Virus record (IMG/VR): IMGVR_UViG_3300029526_000003 | Span: 1-32,376 of that record | DNA: 32,376 nucleotides | Source of the DNA: a virus | Strand: one strand, 5' to 3' | Shown: piece after piece, positions 26,237 through 32,376 of the stretch | Position numbering within the stretch: position 1 is the stretch's first letter | Layout: each line of letters starts with the position of its first letter | Translations under genes and position numbers: made by a program | Notes under the pieces: generated by a model | The model's database searches: none | What the model saw: only the letters and a program-made list of their open reading frames with translations | Told to the model about the DNA's origin: nothing

Positions 26237-26963
26237 AGTTATTAAGAACAAAAACTATACAGTGATGAGCAATACACATTTAAAAGATAAACGCTTATCA
26301 CTAAAAGCAATAGGCTTATTAAGTGTTGTTCTTGGTTTACCGGAAGATTGGCATTATACAGTAAATGGATTAGTTGGAATTGTAAAAGATGGGAAAGATT
26401 CTGTTGAAAGTGCAATTAAGGAATTAAAAAAGAATGGATATTTAAGAGTAGAGAAGATATATCCGAACGCAAATAGCAATAGAATTCAATATCAATATAC
26501 ATTCTTTGAGAATCCTCAAGAGGTGGATTTTCAACCCCTTGAAAATCAAGGTATTGAAAAGCAAGGTGTTGAAACTCAAGTACTTGAAAACCCCTACACT
26601 TATAAAGATACTAATAAACCAAATACTAATAAATTAAATACTAATACACAAAGTAAACACAAATATGGTGAATATCAACACGTTCTATTAACAGATAAAG
26701 AACACACACACCTATTAGATTTATATGGTGATTCATTAGATGAACATATAAAGATATTAGATGAGTACATTGAAACGAGTGGAAAGAAATACAAGAACCA
26801 TTCACTAGTGATTCAGAAATGGGTACATGATGAATGGATGAAAAGAAATAAAGATAAGCCTATCACGCTTGATTCAAAGTTTTATGCAGAGCAGAACACA
26901 AAGACGGATAAAGAAGTACAAGATGAATTTAATAGGCTTAGAGCACAATTATTTGGTGCATAG
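26223..26963 (+). CDS. replication initiator / replisome organizer (wHTH N-terminus, DnaD-like C-terminus)
   Basis: NYTVMSNTHLKDKRLSLKAIGLLSVVLGLPEDWHYTVNGL..ELKKNGYL is typical of this family. GGAGG 26210-14 plus 8 nt gives ATA 26223. The upstream TTG 26205, GTG 26208 and GTG 26214 either lack an SD or lie inside it. Confidence 0.65.
   Translation: MAVIRVIKNKNYTVMSNTHLKDKRLSLKAIGLLSVVLGLPEDWHYTVNGLVGIVKDGKDSVESAIKELKKNGYLRVEKIYPNANSNRIQYQYTFFENPQEVDFQPLENQGIEKQGVETQVLENPYTYKDTNKPNTNKLNTNTQSKHKYGEYQHVLLTDKEHTHLLDLYGDSLDEHIKILDEYIETSGKKYKNHSLVIQKWVHDEWMKRNKDKPITLDSKFYAEQNTKTDKEVQDEFNRLRAQLFGA
26538..26597 (+). repeat. four tandem 15-bp repeats NTTGAAAANCAAGGT (iteron-like)
   Basis: CTTGAAAATCAAGGT / ATTGAAAAGCAAGGT / GTTGAAACTCAAGTA / CTTGAAAACCCC. 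Each has a CTTGA..TCAAG dyad. They lie inside the linker of the replication gene. Confidence 0.7.
26608..26652 (+). repeat. three tandem 15-bp repeats ATACTAATA(A/C)A..
   Basis: ATACTAATAAACCAA / ATACTAATAAATTAA / ATACTAATACACAAA, AT-rich, adjacent to the first repeat set. Confidence 0.7.
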
Positions 26964-26976
26964 AAAGGATGATTAA

Positions 26977-27234
26977 ATGATTAATTGGATTTGTGGAGCT
27001 ATATGTGGAAGTGGTGCAACACTTCTTCTATATAGCCTAATGGTAGGAAAAAGGATTCAAGAAGAACAAGATAAAGCGACTAAATGTATCTTCAAGTATG
27101 AAGAATACAGAAGAAGAATCAGAACACTTGAATATCAAAATAAAGAGCTAGAAAAAAGAATCGTAGAATTACAAACAAAATATGGTGAAGTCGTAAGCGT
27201 CGAATATTATTCGGATTTTGATGAGGTGAAATAG
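26977..27234 (+). CDS. membrane-anchored coiled-coil hypothetical protein
   Basis: AAAGGATGA SD plus ATG; N-terminal TM helix. Confidence 0.55.
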   Translation: MINWICGAICGSGATLLLYSLMVGKRIQEEQDKATKCIFKYEEYRRRIRTLEYQNKELEKRIVELQTKYGEVVSVEYYSDFDEVK

Positions 27235-27744
27235 ATGGATTACTTAAAGCCAAAAAAAGAAGAAAAATGTAATAAATGCAAATATGAATATTTATCAGAA
27301 TGTGAACATCCTTGTATCGTGTGCAGATGGAAAGTTAAAGAGAGAGGTTTAGCTTTTTTTGGAAAGTTGAGTTATTTCGAACCTAAAGAAGAAAAAAATG
27401 ATGATGAAATCGACATGGTCAATCATCCTCAACATTACAACAGAGATGGAGCAATGGAGTGTATTGATGAAATGATAGCAGTATTTGGAAAAGATATTGT
27501 CGCTTGTTTCTGCTTGTGCAATGTATGGAAATATAGATACAGAGCTTCAGATAAAGGACATGAAGAGGACTTATCTAAATCTGACTATTATATGGCTAAG
27601 TATAAAGAATTAATTACTGGACGCAGTGTATTAGGCTTTGAAAGTGTTATGGAACTTGAAGAATTAGAAGATATTGTAAAAGAAAAATTAAATAAATTGT
27701 ATTTAGAAAGAGAGATTAAAAAACATGACAATCAAAGAATTTGA
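27235..27744 (+). CDS. DUF3310-domain protein
   Basis: NHPQHYN...ECIDEM...CNVWKYRYRASDKG..EDLSKSDYY matches the DUF3310 pattern. Confidence 0.6.
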   Translation: MDYLKPKKEEKCNKCKYEYLSECEHPCIVCRWKVKERGLAFFGKLSYFEPKEEKNDDEIDMVNHPQHYNRDGAMECIDEMIAVFGKDIVACFCLCNVWKYRYRASDKGHEEDLSKSDYYMAKYKELITGRSVLGFESVMELEELEDIVKEKLNKLYLEREIKKHDNQRI

Positions 27745-28240
27745 ATTGATTAAAGAAATGTTACATAAGCAAGCAGAATTAGATAAATCAATCATGAGCG
27801 CATATGGATTAACTGAGATTGATGAAGAAAATTTAAGAATGGCTATTTTGGATGAAGTAGGAGAATTAACACACGAGCTTAAAGGAGATTGGTGTTGGTG
27901 GAAAAAGACTCAAGCACCTGTTGACGATAAAAAAGTTTTAGGCGAGTTAGTTGATGTTTGGCATTTCGTATTAAGCTATCAGAATCATTTCAATGGTGGT
28001 GAAAATGGAATTTTAAATGCTTTAATGTTCATAAGAAATTCAGATAATATATTCAAGCTTTTAATAACTAATGAATATAAGTTAAGTGAAACATTGTCTG
28101 ATTTAGCTACATGGAATATTCATAAAATGGAAAGATTAATTGCAATCTCAGAATACTTAGATTTCACAATTGAGCAAGTATATGAAGCTTATTGTGGAAA
28201 GAATAAAATCAACTATCAAAGACTAGAAAGTGGGTACTAG
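27725..28240 (+). CDS. all-alpha NTP pyrophosphohydrolase (dimeric dUTPase / MazG-like)
   Basis: AILDEVGELTHELKGDWCWWKK....LGELVDVWHFVLS matches the dimeric dUTPase_2 pattern. Confidence 0.55.
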   Translation: MTIKEFELIKEMLHKQAELDKSIMSAYGLTEIDEENLRMAILDEVGELTHELKGDWCWWKKTQAPVDDKKVLGELVDVWHFVLSYQNHFNGGENGILNALMFIRNSDNIFKLLITNEYKLSETLSDLATWNIHKMERLIAISEYLDFTIEQVYEAYCGKNKINYQRLESGY

Positions 28241-28242
28241 GC

Positions 28243-28479
28243 ATGTGGATTAGAAGCCAAGATGGAAAAATTTTAATGGATTGCGACTTTTTCGCAATTG
28301 AAGAACACGGCGTTAAATATGCAGTGATTACATTAAGTGGCAAAAGTGGTATAAGCGTTAATCTAGGTACATATACTACTAAATATAAAGCTTTAGCAGT
28401 TTTAAACGATATTCAAGAATGGTACGAATGTTCGTATGGTGAAACATTCCAAATGCCACAAGATGAGGAGGATTTTTAA
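28243..28479 (+). CDS. hypothetical protein
   Basis: ATG ORF, tightly packed in the operon. Confidence 0.55.
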   Translation: MWIRSQDGKILMDCDFFAIEEHGVKYAVITLSGKSGISVNLGTYTTKYKALAVLNDIQEWYECSYGETFQMPQDEEDF

Positions 28480-28850
28480 TGGAAAGTTTTGTGCAAATGT
28501 CATTGAGAGAATATGACATATTAAAATTTAATAGCGAGAACTTAAAAAGAGAGATAAAAGAGGAACAAGAATCACATAATGAAGATGTTGCACAAGCAAA
28601 AAAAGAAATAAATGATTTAGCCGAAAAAATAGACCGGTATAAGCAATACATTCTAGAACTCAATTGTAGATTTTTAGATGTTGATAGATATTCACTAGAG
28701 CACTATTTAGATATAGATTCATGGAATTATGGAATGAATTATAAAGATGATTTATTGAATCTAGGGTTCACAAAACAAGATATGGATGGATTTATAGCCG
28801 ATAAATATGAAGAATTAGTGAAGCGGAAAGAAGATGAAGACGATGATTAA
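28479..28850 (+). CDS. hypothetical coiled-coil protein
   Basis: TAATG overlap with the upstream gene. Confidence 0.55.
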   Translation: MESFVQMSLREYDILKFNSENLKREIKEEQESHNEDVAQAKKEINDLAEKIDRYKQYILELNCRFLDVDRYSLEHYLDIDSWNYGMNYKDDLLNLGFTKQDMDGFIADKYEELVKRKEDEDDD

Positions 28851-29052
28851 ATTTTGTCCTGATTTAACTTCAAAAGAAGAAGTTGTACCAATTACGATTG
28901 GCACAGGAACATTCACAAGACCAGTACTACATAAATGCTTACAAAATAAATGTGTAGCGTATAAGCTTGGCAAATGTTTAAAATACGATAATTGTACGGA
29001 ATATTGCTTAGAAAAAGTTGATGAAAGGATAAAGAATAAAAATGACAGATAA
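28834..29052 (+). CDS. Cys-rich hypothetical protein
   Basis: ATG ORF overlapping both neighbours. Confidence 0.5.
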   Translation: MKTMIKFCPDLTSKEEVVPITIGTGTFTRPVLHKCLQNKCVAYKLGKCLKYDNCTEYCLEKVDERIKNKNDR

Positions 29053-29275
29053 AGAATTATTAGAAAAAAACAGATTCACAGAAGAAGAGTATAAAAAAAA
29101 GGTTAAAGAACAATTCAGACAAATGCTTGAGGATAATTCAAAAAAAGAACAAGAATTACTTATGAAGAAACTGAGAAAAAAGCAAAACGCAAGTTTGAGA
29201 AAGCTTAAAAGAATGGTGCAAATCAAAAAAGAAACTGATGAATTTGTTAAAAAGCTAAAGGAGCAAGAACAATGA
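29042..29275 (+). CDS. Lys/Glu-rich hypothetical protein
   Basis: ATG ORF in the operon. Confidence 0.5.
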   Translation: MTDKELLEKNRFTEEEYKKKVKEQFRQMLEDNSKKEQELLMKKLRKKQNASLRKLKRMVQIKKETDEFVKKLKEQEQ

Positions 29276-29514
29276 TTAAAACAAGGATTGAAGAAAGAAT
29301 TGATGCATTAATTAAAGTGTATGAAGGATACATTGATGAGAACAACCAAAGTATCAAAAAACACAAAAATCTTTTAATCGAGAAATTGGACGATGTACGT
29401 TATGAATATCTTAAATTATATGTCGAAACGATTGAAATATATAGAAGAGAAAATGAATTGTTTGAAATGTTTATTGAATCGTTAAAATATGCAAAGACAG
29501 GAGAAAGAAAATGA
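29272..29514 (+). CDS. hypothetical protein
   Basis: ATGA overlap with the upstream gene. Confidence 0.55.
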   Translation: MIKTRIEERIDALIKVYEGYIDENNQSIKKHKNLLIEKLDDVRYEYLKLYVETIEIYRRENELFEMFIESLKYAKTGERK

Positions 29515-29735
29515 AAGCAAAAGAAATGTTTGAAGCACTAGGATATGAATATTATGAAGGCGAATACTCAATTCGTTATATAGCAAATTGTGATATGGAT
29601 GATGATTATATTAGCATTGGCTTTGGGTTATTATCACACACATTCTACGCTCAGCACAACTGTAATCCGAATGACATTACCATAGATGAATTCAAAGCGA
29701 TCCAACAACAAATGAGAGAATTGGGGTGGATTTAA
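29511..29735 (+). CDS. hypothetical protein
   Basis: ATGA overlap with the upstream gene. Confidence 0.55.
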   Translation: MKAKEMFEALGYEYYEGEYSIRYIANCDMDDDYISIGFGLLSHTFYAQHNCNPNDITIDEFKAIQQQMRELGWI

Positions 29736-30247
29736 TGAAAACAAAACAAGAATATATAGATGCTTTAGTATGTATTACAAAAGAATATTACAGTACTGTT
29801 AGGTCAACGGAAGAAGCTAACAAATTTAAAAGTTATGAACGTTTATTCAAAGAATTGGTAGATGAGCATTTTGAAGAAAAGCAAGAAACTAATTTCGAGC
29901 ATTACAAGGATGAAATCATAGAAAATTCCGACTACTGTTTTGCACTAGCCGACGGAAAGCTTTGTCAATGCAGTGATGTTAGTTGTAGCGAGTGTGGATT
30001 TAGTACAGGATATGGATGCAGTGAAAAGATTAAAGAATGGTTAAATAAACCATATGAAAAGCCAAAATATAAGCTAACGCAATTTGAGTATGATTTGTTA
30101 AACGCGCATAAAGATTATAAAACGTATAATAACATTGCAAATCAAATACATTTGTTTAAAATGCGTGAAAAGGGATATTTTAAAGACGTTGATACAAATA
30201 TTTCAATTCGTGAAATCTTAGACAATTGCGAGGTAATTAAAAGATAG
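29735..30247 (+). CDS. Cys-rich hypothetical protein
   Basis: GGGGTGGA SD plus ATG 29735 (TAATG overlap). The track start 29726 is an unsupported extension. Confidence 0.55.
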   Translation: MKTKQEYIDALVCITKEYYSTVRSTEEANKFKSYERLFKELVDEHFEEKQETNFEHYKDEIIENSDYCFALADGKLCQCSDVSCSECGFSTGYGCSEKIKEWLNKPYEKPKYKLTQFEYDLLNAHKDYKTYNNIANQIHLFKMREKGYFKDVDTNISIREILDNCEVIKR

Positions 30248-30261
30248 AAAAGAGGTAGAAA

Positions 30262-30747
30262 ATGATTAATGTAGCAGTAATAGCAGGACACTTAACTAAA
30301 GACGTTGAGTTATCAAAAACACAAAGCGGAAATAGCGTAGCAAAGTTTACAGTAGCAGTAAATGGATACAATGATACTACAGATTTTATTAATTGCGTAG
30401 CATGGAATAAATTAGCGGATATTGTAAATATGTATTGCAATAAAGGTGATTTAGTTACAGTAGAAGGAAGAATCAGTGTTAGAAATTATGATAACCAACA
30501 AGGGCAAAGAATATATATCACTGAAGTTGTAGCTAGTAACGTGCAATTACCGCCTAAAAGCGTTTCTAATGGGAAAAATTACAATCCTAATGTAAATACA
30601 TATCAACAACCTAATCAAGCAAATAACAACACTTACGGAGCGCAAAACACGTATGTGCAACCTAATTTGACACAACAAATTGCACAACAAGAATACAATG
30701 ATGGAAGTAATTTAGATATTGCTTCAGATGATTTACCTTTTAAGTAA
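30262..30747 (+). CDS. ssb: single-stranded DNA-binding protein
   Basis: OB-fold N-terminus (MINVAVIAGHLTKDVEL...FINCVAWNKLA...VEGRI), Gln/Asn-rich linker and acidic DDLPF tail. Confidence 0.85.
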   Translation: MINVAVIAGHLTKDVELSKTQSGNSVAKFTVAVNGYNDTTDFINCVAWNKLADIVNMYCNKGDLVTVEGRISVRNYDNQQGQRIYITEVVASNVQLPPKSVSNGKNYNPNVNTYQQPNQANNNTYGAQNTYVQPNLTQQIAQQEYNDGSNLDIASDDLPFK

Positions 30748-30787
30748 TTCTATAGCTTGACGAACTATAGAATAAAATTGTCAAAAA

Positions 30788-30997
30788 ATGGAGGTGACGC
30801 AAATAGAAATGAATTATGAAGAAAGGATTAAAGATTTAATTTCTAAAAACAATAAACTAGGAAGGGCAAATATTAAGCTTAATCAGACTTTAAAAGAAAG
30901 AAATGAGACCATTCATAATCAAACACATGAAATTAATAAATTAAAGAATAAAGTTGGCGAATTAGAAGATAAATTAATGAGGATGTATACATCATGA
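30788..30997 (+). CDS. coiled-coil hypothetical protein; start ambiguous
   Basis: ATG 30788 has no SD. The internal GGAGGTG 30790-96 would serve in-frame ATA 30803 (6 nt) or ATG 30809 (12 nt). Confidence 0.5.
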   Translation: MEVTQIEMNYEERIKDLISKNNKLGRANIKLNQTLKERNETIHNQTHEINKLKNKVGELEDKLMRMYTS

Positions 30998-31320
30998 GTA
31001 CATATGAAGATGTAAAACGACACTTCTTGTGTGAATGCCAATCGTACACATATTATGAGCAGAAGATAGCAGAGCTACAAAGGGATGAAGCAATTTATCC
31101 TTTAAAAGCCGAGCTATTCTTAGCTCATGCAGATTATGCAAGAAGAATGAATTATGTAAAAGACAAATTAAGCCAACTTGATGATACAACTCGAACAATG
31201 ATTGAGTATAGATATATAAAGGGATTCAGTGCAGAAAAAACATCTAATATTGTGGGTTATGCAAGAGAAGAAATCCCAAGAAAGATAAACAAGAATTTAA
31301 AGAAAGTGCTCACAATGTGA
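30994..31320 (+). CDS. late transcription regulator (sigma-70 region-4 / RinA-ArpU-like)
   Basis: The C-terminal MIEYRYIKGFSAEKTSNIVGYAREEIPRKINKNLKKV is a region-4-like HTH. It is the last gene before the packaging module. Confidence 0.55.
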   Translation: MSTYEDVKRHFLCECQSYTYYEQKIAELQRDEAIYPLKAELFLAHADYARRMNYVKDKLSQLDDTTRTMIEYRYIKGFSAEKTSNIVGYAREEIPRKINKNLKKVLTM

Positions 31321-31329
31321 GCACTTTTT
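31306..31329 (+). terminator. intrinsic terminator
   Basis: GTGCTCAC-aat-GTGAGCAC hairpin plus TTTTT; overlaps the regulator's stop codon. Confidence 0.7.
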
Positions 31330-31346
31330 CATGTAATAATTATTTT

Positions 31347-31422
31347 AGCAGGATAGAGCAGTAGTAGCTCACTAGTCTTATTAGCTAGAGGTCGAATGGT
31401 GCAAATCCTTCTCCTGCAACCA
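31347..31422 (+). tRNA. non-canonical tRNA, anticodon UAU (reads AUA), with an initiator-tRNA-like scaffold and encoded CCA
   Basis: Hand-folded cloverleaf, listed 5' to 3'. Acceptor stem AGCAGGA/TCCTGCA with an A1xA72 mismatch. TA at positions 8-9. D arm GAGC-AGTAGTA-GCTC, then A. Anticodon arm CTAGT-CTTATTA-GCTAG. Variable loop AGGTC. T arm GAA(T)GG-TGCAAAT-CCTTC. Discriminator A, then CCA. Total 76 nt. Confidence 0.7.
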
Positions 31423-31504
31423 TGATTACAAAGCCTATCAGTAAGTCCTTCCCAAATTAGATGTTAAATACCAACAATGGCATATTATTAGGCTTTGATA
31501 TATT

Positions 31505-31529
31505 ACCGAGCGTTTGTCTCGGTTCTTTT
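31505..31529 (+). terminator. intrinsic terminator downstream of the tRNA
   Basis: ACCGAG-cgtttgt-CTCGGT hairpin plus TCTTTT. Confidence 0.6.
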
Positions 31530-31556
31530 AATAATAAGGAGGAGAATGAGGAATAA

Positions 31557-32060
31557 ATGGAGATTATAAAATTAAAAATCAATGACATTACACCTTACGA
31601 AAAGAACGCAAAGATTCATACTGAAGCACAGATTGAACAAATCAAGAAATCTATTCAAGAATTTGGTATGAATGACCCAATCGCAGTATGGGGGGGGAAC
31701 AATACCATAGTTGAAGGGCATGGACGATTAGAAGCATTAAAGCAATTAGGCTATACATCAGTTGACTGTATCAGACTAGACAATTTGACAGATGAAGAAA
31801 GAAAAGCTTATACACTTGCTCATAATAAAATCAATATGAATACAGGATTCGACATTGATTTATTAGATGAAGAATTAGACAGTATCGAAGATATTGATAT
31901 GTCTGATTTTGGTTTTACTGAACAAGATATTGATTGGGATAATGTAGAAGATTTAAGTGATGATTCTTATGAAGAACCTCAACATGAAATGTGGAAATGC
32001 CCTCAGTGTGGACACGTAGATAGAAAAGAACACTTTAAAGGAGTTCGTGACAATGAATAA
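31557..32060 (+). CDS. ParB-like nuclease-domain (ParB/Srx) protein with a C-terminal CxxC zinc ribbon
   Basis: AAGGAGGAG SD plus ATG. Motifs PYEKNAKIHTEAQIEQIKKSI..FG..DPI and IVEGHGRLEA. C-terminal WKCPQCGH. Confidence 0.7.
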   Translation: MEIIKLKINDITPYEKNAKIHTEAQIEQIKKSIQEFGMNDPIAVWGGNNTIVEGHGRLEALKQLGYTSVDCIRLDNLTDEERKAYTLAHNKINMNTGFDIDLLDEELDSIEDIDMSDFGFTEQDIDWDNVEDLSDDSYEEPQHEMWKCPQCGHVDRKEHFKGVRDNE

Positions 32061-32072
32061 AACTACACCTAA

Positions 32073-32376
32073 TTGAAAATATTTCTAAGCGCATTAGAGG
32101 TGCAACGAGGTAAGAAATCATTATGTAGAATCTTAGTCGAGCAAGGCATTCAAATGAAATATAACCTTATGTCTTATTACTACCTAAGAAAGAATTTAAA
32201 TGACGCATATTTCATAAAAGAGAACAGTCAATTAGTAATAATAGACAGTGGAGCGCATAGTTTCCAAAAGGGTGCGAAAGTTGATTGGGTAGAATATACC
32301 AAGCAATACGCAGAATTTATAAAAGAATTTGATGAGGACAAGGTTGTAGGATATTTTGAAATGGATGTAGACAACA
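32073..32376 (+). CDS. dpdA: DpdA-like DNA-guanine transglycosylase, N-terminal part; 3' end cut by the window edge
   Basis: Open from 32073 to the window end. (M)KIFLSA...LMSYYYL...VIIDSGAHSF resembles the TGT/DpdA DSGGFQ substrate-Asp motif. The start is uncertain (TTG 32073, ATA 32079, GTG 32100 or ATG 32154) and no clear SD is present. Confidence 0.55.
   Translation, partial: MKIFLSALEVQRGKKSLCRILVEQGIQMKYNLMSYYYLRKNLNDAYFIKENSQLVIIDSGAHSFQKGAKVDWVEYTKQYAEFIKEFDEDKVVGYFEMDVDN

Noticed and set aside
885-29735. ORF-track N-terminal extensions at 885, 9379, 9768, 16551, 20125, 22495, 22999, 23165 and 29726.
   Set aside because: The track takes the longest ATG/GTG/TTG ORF. In each case a downstream start has a properly spaced SD or an ATGA/TAATG coupling, and the extension overlaps the previous gene or lacks an SD.
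30748-30772. Hairpin TTCTATAG-9 nt-CTATAGAA after ssb as a terminator.
   Set aside because: No T tract follows it. It may be a regulatory dyad, but it is not convincing as an intrinsic terminator. The same reasoning applies to the weak hairpins at 7410-7424 and 21254-21267.
31-31198. All minus-strand ORFs in the track outside 21425-22394. Examples: 31-219, 2322-2525, 4920-5102, 5447-5662, 6191-6487, 6743-6934, 10029-10217, 10320-10553, 11268-11486, 11920-12213, 13183-13644, 14170-14367, 16345-16542, 16754-17044, 18088-18291, 18988-19224, 19524-19721, 20497-20763, 22506-22751, 22879-23088, 28379-28663, 29008-29226, 30237-30440, 30992-31198.
   Set aside because: They lie antisense inside well-supported plus-strand genes, lack SD sites, and have low-complexity Ser/Phe/Leu/Ile-rich compositions typical of shadow ORFs in AT-rich DNA.
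31423-31505. A second tRNA or structured RNA downstream of the tRNA (8-bp inverted repeat AAAGCCTA...TAGGCTTT about 50 nt apart).
   Set aside because: No D arm, T arm or T loop can be drawn. An 8-bp inverted repeat in AT-rich DNA is weak evidence. It is probably just the 3' trailer before the terminator.
1-32376. CRISPR arrays, IS or transposon ends, rRNA genes.
   Set aside because: No spacer-repeat periodicity, no transposase-like ORFs and no rRNA-like segments were seen. The only repeats are the promoter duplication, the att-arm repeats, the iterons and the TMP coding repeats.

Overview
This window is an essentially complete, circularly permuted genome (about 32.4 kb) of a temperate siphovirus-type phage or prophage from a low-GC Gram-positive host. 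It is AT-rich, has strong GGAGG-type Shine-Dalgarno (SD) sites, and uses all three stop codons. Gene order on the + strand: dpdA-like 3' part, queT, terS, terL, portal, a displaced fiber-like module (XkdV/W/X-type), MuF/gp7-like head protein, scaffold, major capsid, head-tail joining genes, major tail, chaperones, tape measure, Dit, Gp37-like tail protein, holin and amidase endolysin. Then come two moron cassettes with duplicated promoters, attP-like arm repeats and the integrase. A secreted protein and an XRE repressor lie on the - strand. The early operon follows: ArdC-N-like protein, Rad52-like SSAP, NinB, RusA, a DnaD-like replication initiator with internal iterons, DUF3310, a dimeric dUTPase-like protein, SSB and a RinA/sigma-like regulator. 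The window ends with a tRNA-like gene, a ParB-like gene and the dpdA-like 5' part. Main hunt result: at least 10-12 genes appear to start at ATA, each placed 6-10 nt after a strong SD. These include portal, major capsid, major tail, tape measure, Dit, endolysin, QueT, RusA and the replication initiator. The first canonical start in these genes would remove conserved N-terminal sequence. The window also encodes a 76-nt tRNA (31347-31422) that looks derived from a bacterial initiator tRNA: 1:72 mismatch, A11:U24, G2:C71, C3:G70, A73, GCAACCA end. Its anticodon is UAU, the complement of AUA. I propose a phage-encoded AUA-initiation system. Second result: a ParB-like / DpdA-like / QueT module suggests 7-deazaguanine DNA modification from salvaged preQ0/preQ1. 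All functional calls come from remembered family motifs and reading the sequence by eye; no database search was run.
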